Part shown: piece after piece, positions 52,241-62,252 of the stretch
Numbering within the stretch: the first letter of the stretch is position 1
How the letters are laid out: every line of letters starts with the position of its first letter
IMG/VR virus record: IMGVR_UViG_3300020037_006332
Location: 8,561-72,560 of that record
Length of the DNA stretch: 64,000 nt
DNA from: a virus
Lineage: Duplodnaviria; Caudoviricetes
Strand: one strand, 5' to 3'
Notes under the pieces: model-generated
Told to the model about the DNA's origin: nothing
The model's input: the letters and a program-made list of their open reading frames with translations, nothing else
The model's database searches: none
Translations under genes and position numbers: made by a program

Positions 52241-52405
52241 ATGCCACGTAAACCAAAGCCGGAAGCGGAAGCCGGCCCGGAAACTCCAGATACGGCCGCC
52301 GGCCGGCTCTCACGAAAGCGATGGGAAAAATGGAAACGGGATCAAGCGAAGAAAGAGGCGGCGAAGGCCAAGCGGGCGGCCAGTCGCCGGAAGGGGAAGC
52401 CCTGA
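52241..52405 (+). CDS. Small basic protein (DTAAGRLSRKRW motif)
   Basis: 54-aa Lys/Arg-rich ORF from MPRKPKP. Confidence 0.6.
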   Translation: MPRKPKPEAEAGPETPDTAAGRLSRKRWEKWKRDQAKKEAAKAKRAASRRKGKP

Positions 52406-52665
52406 CGTGTGTAGCCTATCGGGTCGACCACGCGGGGGCGTTTAGCGTCCCGGGCTGCTCCGTGCGGCGGTGCTCGGACTGCGGGGCTGAGACGTGCCTA
52501 GCCCCCAGCAGTGTCGCCGAAATGGCCAAGCGGCCGGGCAGTAACGTGATCTGCCACGAATGCTTTAGCCGGCACTTGCTGGCGGGCCTGGATTCGGCGG
52601 TCAAGCCCATGACGCCCCAGCAGGCGGCCGAAATTCTGGCCTCGCTGGCGGCCCCCAACAATTGA
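52321..52665 (+). CDS. Zn-ribbon-like small protein (start uncertain)
   Basis: CSDC...CHEC motifs. Confidence 0.55.
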   Translation: MGKMETGSSEERGGEGQAGGQSPEGEALTCVAYRVDHAGAFSVPGCSVRRCSDCGAETCLAPSSVAEMAKRPGSNVICHECFSRHLLAGLDSAVKPMTPQQAAEILASLAAPNN

Positions 52666-52771
52666 TAAAATCCCCATTGCACTGCTGTAGCTTAACGGGC
52701 CAATGTCCCACCTAAAGCGGCGGGCCTTGATAACCCGCATGGATGCCGGTTGATCCGGCCAGTGGTGCGTT

Positions 52772-53881
52772 TTACACGAAATTCGCGTCCGGCGGGGCCG
52801 GGTCCACGGCGTAGGCCATCGCCTGATTCTGGGCGTTGAACGGGCAGCGTTCGCATCCCGTGGCGTCAAAGTCGGCCATCCCGGCCTGAGACTCTTTCCA
52901 GAGGTCGCGGAAGCGTTTCCCTTCCAGGCTGCCAATCAGCCCGGAATCGTTGTAGGCCAGCGTGCAGCAGCGGTATACGTTCAGGTCGCCGCCGACATAG
53001 GTGTTAGCCTGTTGATACCAGCAGCGGTGGTAGTCGGGGCGGCCTTGCTGGAGGTCACTGTAGCGGCTACCGAAGTTATTCAGCACGGCAAACGTGCCGG
53101 GGACGTCGCGGGTTTGGGCGGCCTCTAGTAGCTCGTGGATTTCGTCTAGCAGGCCAGCGTAGTATTGAGCCCCGTCGGGCTGGAAATAGGCCCCCAGCCG
53201 GATATTGTCGGCCCCGGCCTCTTTGGCTCGGTCGACGGCCAGCAGGATTTCGCGGTAGTTTTCGCGGGTGACCACGAAGCTAACCCCTAGGCGGAGTTTG
53301 GTCCCCATGCCGTTTTTCTTGTCGGCCAGCATGGCCACGTTCCGCCAAGCGGCCTCGAAGTGTTGGGTGCTGACGTTGCGGGTCACGGCGTAGGTTTCGG
53401 GCTTCCCGGCGTCGATGCTGACGCGGACCCACTTGGCAAAAACTAGGGCCTGGAGCGTGTCGGCATTCCAGCGGACCCCATTCGAGACTAGGGCTAGGTC
53501 CATATTGCGATGGTGCACGGCCTCGAAAATCTCGACGTGGTGCGGGTGCACGGTAGGCTCGCCGCCGCCGGTGATCTGGATCGCTTTGACCCCCATTTGC
53601 TGGCAGTCTTCCAGGATTTCGATAACCTTGCCTAGCGGGATTTTCCGGTTGGGGTTATTGTTGACCACGCCGAAAGCGTTGGTTTCCCCGAAGCGTTGAT
53701 TAGAGCTGTAGCCGGGCATTCGGAAAGCACAGAATCCGCAGCTTTGGTTGCAGAGGTCGCTGATAACTAGCTGGACTTGCACGGGGGCGGCGGTCTTGCC
53801 GGCTCGCCATGCCTTCACGCGGTCGGGGTGGTGGATGATCTTTAGCGGCGAGTAGGGGCTGGCCGGGTGAGGTCGTTCCAT
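52772..53881 (-). CDS. Radical SAM protein with SPASM/twitch domain
   Basis: CNQSCGFC, ITGGGEPT, C-terminal C..C...CERCPF. Confidence 0.9.
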   Translation of the reverse strand: MERPHPASPYSPLKIIHHPDRVKAWRAGKTAAPVQVQLVISDLCNQSCGFCAFRMPGYSSNQRFGETNAFGVVNNNPNRKIPLGKVIEILEDCQQMGVKAIQITGGGEPTVHPHHVEIFEAVHHRNMDLALVSNGVRWNADTLQALVFAKWVRVSIDAGKPETYAVTRNVSTQHFEAAWRNVAMLADKKNGMGTKLRLGVSFVVTRENYREILLAVDRAKEAGADNIRLGAYFQPDGAQYYAGLLDEIHELLEAAQTRDVPGTFAVLNNFGSRYSDLQQGRPDYHRCWYQQANTYVGGDLNVYRCCTLAYNDSGLIGSLEGKRFRDLWKESQAGMADFDATGCERCPFNAQNQAMAYAVDPAPPDANFV

Positions 53882-54609
53882 TGCTTACGCTCCATCGCTT
53901 GTAGGATTGTGGCCGTCCTGGCGTCCTGTTTGGCGGTTAATTTTCCACGCTTGGCGACGGGCTTATACATGGTCGCGGCGAGTTCATACCAGCCGGTATC
54001 TGTGGGGCCTCGATTGCAGTTTTGGCCGTGGGCGTAGCCGGTATGCCAGCCCATCACGTAGCTGCAAGTTTCGGGGGTCGGGCAGGGGTCGCCGATGCTG
54101 GCGGCTTCCCGGCTGAGTCGGCCGATAAGCTGGAGGTCGAAATCGGCTTGGTCGGTGACCGGCCAGCCGCCTACCCGCTGGATTAGCTCTTTGCGGAATG
54201 CCAGCGACGAATGGAAGCGGGGGCCGGCGGTTTCGGCCTGGAGCTGGCCCGGGCCCGGGTAGTCGGTCAAGATCGTGCTAGGCTTCGATAGCTCGTGGGT
54301 CTGGAGTTGCTCGACGTGCTGGCTGATGTAGGTCGGGCAATAAATGTCGTCGTCTTCCCAAACCAGATACGCCTGATTCCGTAGCGGGGCGACGCATCGC
54401 ATGAAATTGTACTTGGACGGTAGGCTCGGGAATCGCTCCGTGCTGAATAGCCGCCAGTTGGGCCCCTGCTGGTCGTCGAACGTGCCGCCGTCGTCGTGGA
54501 TGATTAGATAGCGTTGGTCGGCCGGATAGTCCTGCTGGTCCCAGAGCCAGAGGGTATTTTCTAGCAGGTCCGGGTGGCGGAACGTGGGGCACAGTGCGGT
54601 TATAAACAT
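53842..54609 (-). CDS. GT-A fold (GT2-like) glycosyltransferase
   Basis: ALCPTFRHP...LIIHDD...WEDDDIY. Confidence 0.8.
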   Translation of the reverse strand: MFITALCPTFRHPDLLENTLWLWDQQDYPADQRYLIIHDDGGTFDDQQGPNWRLFSTERFPSLPSKYNFMRCVAPLRNQAYLVWEDDDIYCPTYISQHVEQLQTHELSKPSTILTDYPGPGQLQAETAGPRFHSSLAFRKELIQRVGGWPVTDQADFDLQLIGRLSREAASIGDPCPTPETCSYVMGWHTGYAHGQNCNRGPTDTGWYELAATMYKPVAKRGKLTAKQDARTATILQAMERKQWNDLTRPAPTRR

Positions 54610-55127
54610 AGCCGTTCCAGGATCGTTAGGCCGTAGTTATTGGTGAAGTGCTCGATAATCCGAAATTCCCCGGCGGCAATAAGTTCCCCGATGGCTTTCC
54701 ACATGCTGGTTTCGTGGCTGCCGCAAACCGGGTGCGTGTCGTGCAGGGCGATATACTTGCTGACCTTGGGGGCGTGGCGGGTTAATTCTCGGGCTAGATG
54801 ATCGTAGCTATGGTCGCTGTCGATAAATAGCAGGTCCGTGGGCTCGATGTCGATTTCGGCGGAGTTGGCTTGGTAGAAAACGAAATTCGTTTCCGGGCCC
54901 ACCAGCTTTTGCAGCTCGACAATTACTGGGCAGGGCATGATATCGACGCTGGTGAGCCGGCGGGGCTCGGCGGCCAGAAATGCCGTGGTGGAGTTGCCGG
55001 TGCGGACGCCAAACTCGGTGATCGTCTGGCACTTGCAGGCCAGCCGGTGTAGGGTTTCCAGGTGCTCGTTAATTTCTCCCGGGCGGGCAATGAGTAGCCG
55101 GAGCCGGTTTTCTAGGGCTTGGTTCAT
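54600..55127 (-). CDS. Class I SAM-dependent methyltransferase (Methyltransf_24-like)
   Basis: ITEFGVRTGNST...DLLFIDSDHSY...IALHDT. Confidence 0.85.
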   Translation of the reverse strand: MNQALENRLRLLIARPGEINEHLETLHRLACKCQTITEFGVRTGNSTTAFLAAEPRRLTSVDIMPCPVIVELQKLVGPETNFVFYQANSAEIDIEPTDLLFIDSDHSYDHLARELTRHAPKVSKYIALHDTHPVCGSHETSMWKAIGELIAAGEFRIIEHFTNNYGLTILERLCL

Positions 55128-55873
55128 AGGTGCTTTACGCCTTTGGCCTTGAGCTTGGCGAGTACGTCCACGGTGCGGCTATCGTAGGCCGGTTTGGCGG
55201 GGCCCCACTGGATCGGCTGGACGGCTTGGGCGTAACGCTCGTACCATCCAAGGTCATTCAGGTCGTTGGTGTAGACGGTACTGGAATGCGTGTAGCCGGT
55301 GCCGGAGTAGCCCATAACATACTGGCAATCTTCATCGGTGTCCCACGGCTCGACGGAGCCCCCGGAAACCGTGGTCGCGGCGTCCCGGAATAACATATCG
55401 AAATTCCCCACGGGTTCCACGGGGTAGCCGCTGATTCGGTCGATGGTTTCTTTGCGGACGGCTAGGGCGGAATGAAACCAGCGGCGTTCGATATGTACGC
55501 TGTTGCCGTAGTGCACCCAATTCCGCAAGGGGTTGGAAATCCCGGAGCGGGCTAGGGCGGCGGCCTGGGCGGCGACATAGCCGGGCAGGTAGATATCGTC
55601 GTCTTCCCAAATGAGCACGCCGAACGTCTCGGGCGGGCACATGGCGAAAATCCGGTTAAATTTCTCGCCTAGTGATCGGCCTCGGTCGGTGGTGGTCACG
55701 ATTTCCCAGTTGGGGCCGGACTGGGGCACAAACGTCCCGCCGTCTTCCAGGATAATCATCTTGCGACGGTCGGCCGGGTAGGTCTGGGCCTCCCAGAGGG
55801 CGAGCGTATTTTCGACTAGGCGGGGCCGGCGGTACGTGGGGACGGCGGCCACCATAAACGGCAATTCGCTCAT
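55124..55873 (-). CDS. GT-A fold (GT2-like) glycosyltransferase, paralog of 53842-54609
   Basis: VPTYRRP...IILEDGG...IWEDDDIY...WFHSALA. Confidence 0.8.
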   Translation of the reverse strand: MSELPFMVAAVPTYRRPRLVENTLALWEAQTYPADRRKMIILEDGGTFVPQSGPNWEIVTTTDRGRSLGEKFNRIFAMCPPETFGVLIWEDDDIYLPGYVAAQAAALARSGISNPLRNWVHYGNSVHIERRWFHSALAVRKETIDRISGYPVEPVGNFDMLFRDAATTVSGGSVEPWDTDEDCQYVMGYSGTGYTHSSTVYTNDLNDLGWYERYAQAVQPIQWGPAKPAYDSRTVDVLAKLKAKGVKHL

Positions 55874-56316
55874 GCAATGGCCCGCCGTGGGTTGTTTTTT
55901 CGCCCTGGCGAGCCAGCCGGAACGGTTACGGCGTCCCCGGGAAGCCAGCCGTGTTTTAGTCTGTCTTGGATGGTCCCGGCCGAAAGCCCTGAAATCCGGC
56001 ACCACTCGGCTAGCGTCCGGGTGACGCCATCGCACTCAATGACTTTATTGCTTCGGCGATTATTTGATTGCTCAAGCGGCGTAGCCCATCGGCAGTTTTC
56101 TGGCGTGTAGTCGCCGTCGTTGTCTATCCGGTCGATGCTGTGCCGGGGGCTGGGCTTGCGGCCCATGTCGGCCAAGAAATTGGCGAAATCTTGCCAGCGG
56201 TCGCAAACCCGAATGCCACGCTGGTGATACCTTTGCGATTCCTGATTATTGGGGTTACTGCATCGCTGACGCATTTGCTTCCAAACGGCGTATTCTGGGA
56301 TACTACTTTTGGCCAT
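55870..56316 (-). CDS. HNH homing endonuclease with C-terminal DNA-binding extension
   Basis: [48 protein letters not shown]. Confidence 0.9.
   Translation of the reverse strand: MAKSSIPEYAVWKQMRQRCSNPNNQESQRYHQRGIRVCDRWQDFANFLADMGRKPSPRHSIDRIDNDGDYTPENCRWATPLEQSNNRRSNKVIECDGVTRTLAEWCRISGLSAGTIQDRLKHGWLPGDAVTVPAGSPGRKNNPRRAIA
56081..56185. repeat. 105-bp exact repeat, copy 2 (copy 1 at 8179-8283)
   Basis: Base-by-base identity. Confidence 0.9.
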
Positions 56317-58243
56317 TTTCCTCTGCCCTCCTGATTGCTTCATCTATAAGAGACGGAAATGGGTCGGTAACGTCCAGCTTGAAAGCGAGTCCGCTGGTGA
56401 CGGCAAGGGCGGCGGCCTTGAGCTTGTCTTTCCAGCCCCAGCGGCCTTGGCCGTCACGCATCCAGCCGATGATTTCCTCGCGGTGCTCGCGGCACCCGTC
56501 GACGCCCCAGAGGTCCATTTGAGCCTGCCGGGCTTTGCAGTCGCATCCCGGGGCGGCGTTGACCCCGATGGTTTCCAGCATTTTCGCTAGCTCGCTGCCG
56601 GGGCCTTTGCCCGGAGGGGCAAGGTGGATGCGTTGGGCCGGCTTGTCCTGGGGCTGGCGGCCCAGCACGGTGAGGCCGTGCTGCTTGGGTGTGTGCCACG
56701 CGATAAACCACTCGGGATTTTCTTCCAGGAACGTCTGGATCGCGTTGTGGAAGCCTAGCTTGCCGTCGGGCCCGGTGCCGCCATAGACGTGCGTGTCGTG
56801 GCGGACAATCCAGCGGCGGACCACGCGGCTATAGTGCCGGAGGTCTTCCAGGAACATTTCGCCGGTGTGCCGGGTGTCGATAAATAGCAGGTCCGTGGGG
56901 CCAATGTCCAGCGGCTTGGGTGGGTTCGGCAGCAGTTCCATAAGCGTGGCATTTGGGGCCATCGTTTGCAGGAGCCGGACTAGGCCGTGGTTCCATTCGG
57001 TGTTATACGATAGCAGCTTGGCCGGGTTGCCGGCGGCCAGCCCGATGACGCTTTCGCGTCGCTCCGAAATGTCGGTCACGTGACTGCACTGGGCGGCCAG
57101 CTCGGTTAATTTCGGGATATGCTGGTTTAGGTCGCGGTTGGGCTCGTTGAAAGCCAGCTCGGCGAGTTGGGCCGGGGTTTCAATGGTGCCGTGTGCTCCG
57201 GCGGGTTTGGGTCGCTCGGCGGGGCGGTGCCCGGGCGGGTTGATATGGCCCACGGGATCGGCCAGCAGGAAAGCCCAGTCGGCTTCTGAAAACAGCCGGG
57301 CGGCGACGAAATGCTCGTAGACGGGGGTGAGGTCCAGGCCCAGCTCTTGGTGGCCCAGCACGTAGTTGCGAACTTTATTCCAGCGGGTCAGCGGGTATTT
57401 CACGCCATTGGGGTGCCCGAAGCGGTGCAGCCACTTGAGAAATCCTAGGCACATGGCCCGGCCGCCCTGCTGGCGGAATTTCTCGTGCATATACATTTCT
57501 TCGCCGCCAAAGCCCCGGAATTCCGGGTTAAATCCGGGCCAGATAGCCTTGCGGCAACTGAATAGGCCCATGCCCTGGCCGGGGATTTCAAACTCGTCGT
57601 CCGGGCTGTAGCCAAGTGGCCTGCACCCGGCGGCGGTGAGCGTGTTTTCGTGGCCATAGAATGGGATCGTGCCCAGCCCGATATCGACGTCCTGGTGGTT
57701 GGTCGTGAGGGTCACTAGGCGGGCGGTGCCGTCCTGGTCCAGGACGCTGAACCGCTGGCCGTCCGGGGCCTCCCACGCGGTCCCCCAGATTCCCCACATT
57801 TCCCCACGCCAAAAATCGACGAAATGGGTCGAGATTTGGGCCAGCGAATCGTATTCCAGGGGCCCGGTGAGTAGGTCCGTAGACTCCGGGTGGGCCTCGT
57901 AGTAAGCGATTAGCCGCTGGAGGGCGTAGGGCTCCAGCAGGACGTGGGAGTCCATGCAAAGCACGTAGGGGGCGTCTGCCTCGCGGATAACGCGGTCCTT
58001 TGCTAGGGCGGGTCCGCCGGGTCCGGGGGCGGCGATATACTTGGCGGAGTGGCACCCGTGGCGGGCGACGCCTAGCAGGCGGGTAAGGTGGGGACTGGCC
58101 GGAGAATCCGGCTTGTTGTCGATCAGCAAAAACTGGACGCGGCTAAGGTCGCCCTGGTATTTGCGGAGGGCCTGGAGGGTGAAATAGGTGCCGTCGTGAT
58201 CGTCATACGTGGGGAATCCCACGGTTAAAAACGGGTCTGCCAC
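56303..58243 (-). CDS. GT2 glycosyltransferase-methyltransferase fusion with C-terminal Cys domain
   Basis: [10 protein letters not shown]...CMDSH...FGGEE; DLLFIDTRH...IVRHDT; GCDCKAR...WGVDGC. Confidence 0.82.
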   Translation of the reverse strand: MADPFLTVGFPTYDDHDGTYFTLQALRKYQGDLSRVQFLLIDNKPDSPASPHLTRLLGVARHGCHSAKYIAAPGPGGPALAKDRVIREADAPYVLCMDSHVLLEPYALQRLIAYYEAHPESTDLLTGPLEYDSLAQISTHFVDFWRGEMWGIWGTAWEAPDGQRFSVLDQDGTARLVTLTTNHQDVDIGLGTIPFYGHENTLTAAGCRPLGYSPDDEFEIPGQGMGLFSCRKAIWPGFNPEFRGFGGEEMYMHEKFRQQGGRAMCLGFLKWLHRFGHPNGVKYPLTRWNKVRNYVLGHQELGLDLTPVYEHFVAARLFSEADWAFLLADPVGHINPPGHRPAERPKPAGAHGTIETPAQLAELAFNEPNRDLNQHIPKLTELAAQCSHVTDISERRESVIGLAAGNPAKLLSYNTEWNHGLVRLLQTMAPNATLMELLPNPPKPLDIGPTDLLFIDTRHTGEMFLEDLRHYSRVVRRWIVRHDTHVYGGTGPDGKLGFHNAIQTFLEENPEWFIAWHTPKQHGLTVLGRQPQDKPAQRIHLAPPGKGPGSELAKMLETIGVNAAPGCDCKARQAQMDLWGVDGCREHREEIIGWMRDGQGRWGWKDKLKAAALAVTSGLAFKLDVTDPFPSLIDEAIRRAEENGQK

Positions 58244-58336
58244 TTGGGTGCACTCCGTTGCATGGGCTGGGCCGCCCGATTCCGTGGGCGGCCTATAGCC
58301 AGCGATTCTAGCAAGCCTCGGGAGGATTGCCAGCCT

Positions 58337-61300
58337 TTACGGGGTTTCCGTCGTGGTGGTCGTGGTGATGTTGGAGCAAGCCCCCGGGCCGGTCGCTCCC
58401 GCACATGGATTGCAGCACGGGTATTCGTAGGGTCCGTCCGGCGGGACGCACTCTGAGCCCAGCAGGCCGGGGTAGTACATTTCCGCGATGGCGTTGCTGC
58501 ACCCGCAACTGCGTGGATCGTCGCCGCTGCAAGTGTTGAGCGGGTAGGGGACATAGAAGTGCGGGAAGCTGCTGCCGCAGACAATCAAGCAATGGCCGCC
58601 GCAATCAAAACTCGGGTCACAGCTCGTAGTGGTCGTGCTGGTGGTGGTGCTGGTGGTACTCGTGCCGCCGCTGCACTCGGCTTCGCATAGCTCCTCGGTT
58701 TCGTAGTCGCCCCCGCAGATTTCGCAACTTGGATCGGACAGGCAGAGGGCCACCATTTCGTCGTAGGTCCACTGGATGCAGGAGCTACTGATAAAGCACG
58801 TGCCGCCGCCGACGTTGACGCACCAGTAGGGTGCCGGCGTGGTGGTCGTGGTGCTCGTGCTGGTGGTCGTGGTCGACGTCGTGGTGGTTGTGGTGGTTGT
58901 GGTCGACGTGGTGCTGGTGCTGGTCGTGGTCGAGCTAGTGCTGGTCGTCGGCGGCGGGTCTTGCGGGAGGCAGTTGGTGGCGGCCCGCTCGCATTCTTCG
59001 GCCGGATTCCAGTAGGGTGGCAAGCAATTGCAGCCGCCGGTGCAGCTTCCGCTGGTGAGGCTCCAGGTGAGCCCGGCCGTGGCACTCCAGTTACACGGGC
59101 CGCCGCACGGGGCGGACGTCGACGTCGTGCTGGTGGGCGGCATACTGCTGGTGGGGCCGGGATAGCAGGGATCGACGGGGCCCGGGCAGTTATTGGGCTC
59201 GCACGGCCGTGGCTTGCAGCCGACGCTGTAGGTGCTGCCGCAGTTGCACGGGCCTTCGGGGGGCTGGCCGTCCAGAATGCAGCCGCCTTTCTGGCCGTTG
59301 TCTCCCATCCAATCCATAATCCGGCCAAGGCAATCCGGGCACCCGGGGCAGCAATTGCCGTAGCCGCTGCAAGGCGAGTAGTTAATTAAAACCCATGAGC
59401 CTTCTTCGAAGTCAAAGCTAGAGCACTTCCAGGTCGCTCCGCCGGTGCAGCCCTTCGTGCACGGTACTCCAGGGCCCGGTGGGCCCGGGGTGGTGCAGGC
59501 CGTGACGGCGGAGCCGCATGGATCGTATGGGACGGCAGGGTAGGGGCAGTCGCCGCACCATTGGCGTTCATTGCCGCCAATCGGGTCCGCTCCCCGGCAG
59601 TCGTAGGCCACGCCGCACCCGCTGACCTTGCCCCATGTCGACGTGAGCGGGTTGCCCCGCCAATAGCACTCACTGCTGCAAGGGTTGGGGGTGGTGGTGG
59701 TGTCACAACCGGATGGGTCGAACGTGGTCGACGTTGTGCTGGTGGTGCTCGTGGTCGAGCTGGTGCTGGTCGAGCTGGTGCACGAGAGGGCCGGGATTTC
59801 CAGCAAGTCCTGGCGGACGCACGGGCCATAGTAGCACTCCCCGTCGGCGGTTCCGCAGAATAGCGGTTCCTGGCAAACGCAAGGGGGTTCGGTGGTCGTG
59901 GTGCTCGACGTGGTGGTCGTGGTGGTGGTGGCCGGGTTCGGCGTGGTCGTGACGAATGCGGCGGCCGGGCATCGCCACCTATTGGTAGCGGCCGGGTAGG
60001 GGGTCGTGCTCGTGCTGGTTAAATACGGGGGGAGGGTGCTGGTCGTGCTGGTGCTGGTGGTGGTCGTGGTGCAGTTGTTGCTAACCCGGGTCCAGTATTT
60101 GGCGGAGTTATTCCAAACATACTTGCAGCGGTTGCCGCCGCACGATTCCGGCAGCGGGGGCTCGGTGCTGGTGGTGCTCGACGTGGTGGTCGTGGTGCTC
60201 CAGACTTGGGCGAGATTTTCGTCCACGCCGAAATTGGCGGGTAGGGTTTGAATCCTGGTGTGAGCGGTGTACTGGCCGCCCCGGACAGCTCCCCACGAAA
60301 TCGTGAGGGCGTCGTCTAGGCCACTCAATAGCCAGAGGTCGGGGACGCCGGGGACCACAAAATCGTGGTCGTCATTGATGAGATTTCCAAGGTACTGGAT
60401 GCCGATGAAATTCGTGAGGGCCTGGAGGTCATCGGCGTTGTGGGGCTCGCCTTCGCTCCCGCCGTCGGTGAAATCGGCGACGGCCGCACAATGGAAAATC
60501 TTCTCCAGGTTTTCGTCAACTACATTCGAGCCGACTTGTGGCGAAAGATCGAGCGTGGCCGTGTAGCGGCGGGGCGTGATTTCACCGTCTTCAAAAACCG
60601 GGAACGTGCAGCGGACGGTTTTCGGGAATACTCGGCCCCGGCCAATTTTGCCGCCGGCCGTGATTTCGCCCTTGGTGGTTCGCTTGGCGGCGGTGGTTCC
60701 GGCTAGGGTTTCGTCTTGGGTTAAAATTTCCTTGTCGACGTAGGTGCCTAGGTTGTACTTGCGGGTACAGTAGGAGCTTTGCCAGTTCATGGCCACGACG
60801 TTGCCGTCCAGTAGCCGCACGATGCGGTGCCCGCAAGAATGAGCCACGGCGTCCAGCAGGGCCGGCAGTGTTTCGTATTTCCGGCTAAGTTCTACCGGGT
60901 CCGGGAATCCGGCGTTGAGGTCCAGGTAGATCGGTTCGGGGTCAAACTCGTCATCGGTATAACTCCCGATGATGCTGTTGTTTACCAGCGGGTCGACGTT
61001 GATTGTGACCCCTAGCTGCTCGCCCAGCATGGCATAAAGCTGGCTCCAAGTGGTCGCGTCGGTGAGGGTTAAATCTCCGGTGTGCTTGAATTGCCAGAAA
61101 TAGCGGGCGTCGACTAGGGTGATTAGGTAGAGTCGTTCGTCGGCTTGCTCTTGCCCGGTGGTGTCTCGCTCGCGTGCCTTGTCGGTTTGGAGGGGCTGGC
61201 CAAAATACCAGTCCCGTGGCGAAACCGCCGAAATCAGACGTTCCGGCAGCAGGTGCATCCTTAGCCGTAAATCGAACTTGTCTTGGGGCTGCTGGTCTTG

Positions 61301-61690
61301 GTCCGTAATGCGGACGGTGTAGATTTCTTGCGATAGGTCGCGGTACTCGGCTCCATTGGCCCAGTCGACGCCCCGGATTTCCGCAAGCTGGCTTTCGGTA
61401 ACCAGAAAATGCCCAAAGGCCCAGCGGCTCGCCCCGGTCGGCCAGTAGATGGTGCCGATTTCGGGGGGCGGCGGGGGCGGGTAGTTTGGGCGGGGGATGT
61501 TCACGCCGGGGCGGTGGTCCCCTTGGGATTGGGTCCGCTGGCTGAAATCGGCGATAGCCCGGGCGACTTGGGTGCTGGCTTCTAGGGGCAGGTAGCGGTT
61601 GATCCAGCGTTGGACTTCGCCGTCAATGTCCGGCAAGATCAAGGGGCTGGAGCCTAGGCCCAGCCGCGTCCTGTTAATGGTAATGCCCAT
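58337..61690 (-). CDS. Putative tail/baseplate-tip protein with Thr/Ser-rich tracts and Cys-rich modules
   Basis: Globular N-terminal roughly 500 aa, then alternating poly-Thr/Ser tracts and Cys-rich blocks; ends NITTTTTTETP. Confidence 0.65.
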   Translation of the reverse strand: MGITINRTRLGLGSSPLILPDIDGEVQRWINRYLPLEASTQVARAIADFSQRTQSQGDHRPGVNIPRPNYPPPPPPEIGTIYWPTGASRWAFGHFLVTESQLAEIRGVDWANGAEYRDLSQEIYTVRITDQDQQPQDKFDLRLRMHLLPERLISAVSPRDWYFGQPLQTDKARERDTTGQEQADERLYLITLVDARYFWQFKHTGDLTLTDATTWSQLYAMLGEQLGVTINVDPLVNNSIIGSYTDDEFDPEPIYLDLNAGFPDPVELSRKYETLPALLDAVAHSCGHRIVRLLDGNVVAMNWQSSYCTRKYNLGTYVDKEILTQDETLAGTTAAKRTTKGEITAGGKIGRGRVFPKTVRCTFPVFEDGEITPRRYTATLDLSPQVGSNVVDENLEKIFHCAAVADFTDGGSEGEPHNADDLQALTNFIGIQYLGNLINDDHDFVVPGVPDLWLLSGLDDALTISWGAVRGGQYTAHTRIQTLPANFGVDENLAQVWSTTTTTSSTTSTEPPLPESCGGNRCKYVWNNSAKYWTRVSNNCTTTTTSTSTTSTLPPYLTSTSTTPYPAATNRWRCPAAAFVTTTPNPATTTTTTTSSTTTTEPPCVCQEPLFCGTADGECYYGPCVRQDLLEIPALSCTSSTSTSSTTSTTSTTSTTFDPSGCDTTTTPNPCSSECYWRGNPLTSTWGKVSGCGVAYDCRGADPIGGNERQWCGDCPYPAVPYDPCGSAVTACTTPGPPGPGVPCTKGCTGGATWKCSSFDFEEGSWVLINYSPCSGYGNCCPGCPDCLGRIMDWMGDNGQKGGCILDGQPPEGPCNCGSTYSVGCKPRPCEPNNCPGPVDPCYPGPTSSMPPTSTTSTSAPCGGPCNWSATAGLTWSLTSGSCTGGCNCLPPYWNPAEECERAATNCLPQDPPPTTSTSSTTTSTSTTSTTTTTTTTTSTTTTSTSTTTTTPAPYWCVNVGGGTCFISSSCIQWTYDEMVALCLSDPSCEICGGDYETEELCEAECSGGTSTTSTTTSTTTTSCDPSFDCGGHCLIVCGSSFPHFYVPYPLNTCSGDDPRSCGCSNAIAEMYYPGLLGSECVPPDGPYEYPCCNPCAGATGPGACSNITTTTTTETP

Positions 61691-61694
61691 GCTA

Positions 61695-62237
61695 TCACGG
61701 CCCGGCCGTCGTGGTGGTGGTACTGGCGGAGCTGATGAGCCAGTCGAATGAGATATTAAAAACCACGGTTAGGGAGCCGTATTTGTCATCTTTCAGCCGG
61801 GTCGGTTTGGAGAAGCCGGTCGGGCTGATTTGAGCACGCAAGGCGGGGGCGTTATCGCTGTTGCCGAAAACGGCGGGGTCAAAGCCGGTGAGGGCTGTAA
61901 TGACGCGGTTTAATAAGGCCCCGATGCCCAGCGTGGCATGGGTTAAAAACTGCTCGTCCCGCATTCCGGTGTCGAGCCGGTTGGTGCTGTGAATGGTGAC
62001 CGCCAGCCCCGTCTCGACGGTTACCTGTTGGATGCCGCCGCCGTCGAACATGCTGCTATCAAACGAACCGCCATCGGGAGCCAGTGTTACGAAAACACTG
62101 GACGTCGTGGGCGGGGGCGGTTCTCCATCGTCAAGCCACCAGAAACACGTGCTTGTGTTCAGCCCTAGGGCCGTCCGCAAGTGCGTAATCACGGCCTCCC
62201 AGACTTCGACGATGGTAACGTCTACGCGGTCTGGCAC
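61695..62237 (-). CDS. Putative tail-completion/terminator-like virion protein
   Basis: VWEAVITHLRTAL...VAIHS...LTVVFNISFDW pattern; ends STTTTTAGP. Confidence 0.5.
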   Translation of the reverse strand: MPDRVDVTIVEVWEAVITHLRTALGLNTSTCFWWLDDGEPPPPTTSSVFVTLAPDGGSFDSSMFDGGGIQQVTVETGLAVTIHSTNRLDTGMRDEQFLTHATLGIGALLNRVITALTGFDPAVFGNSDNAPALRAQISPTGFSKPTRLKDDKYGSLTVVFNISFDWLISSASTTTTTAGP

Positions 62238-62252
62238 GGCACGCTTTCAGGC

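Noticed and set aside
8179-56185. Diversity-generating retroelement (TR/VR pair)
   Set aside because: The two copies are identical with no adenine-specific mismatches, and I see no reverse transcriptase in the window.
58292-58314. Boxed promoter upstream of the GT cluster (TATAGCCAGCG)
   Set aside because: A variant box is present, but the nearest TTGCTA is only 11 nt from the -10, so the geometry does not fit.
58600-60210. GTG/GTC microsatellite or contingency locus
   Set aside because: The tracts mix Thr and Ser codons (ACC/ACG/ACA/AGC/TCG), indicating protein-level low complexity rather than slippage repeats.
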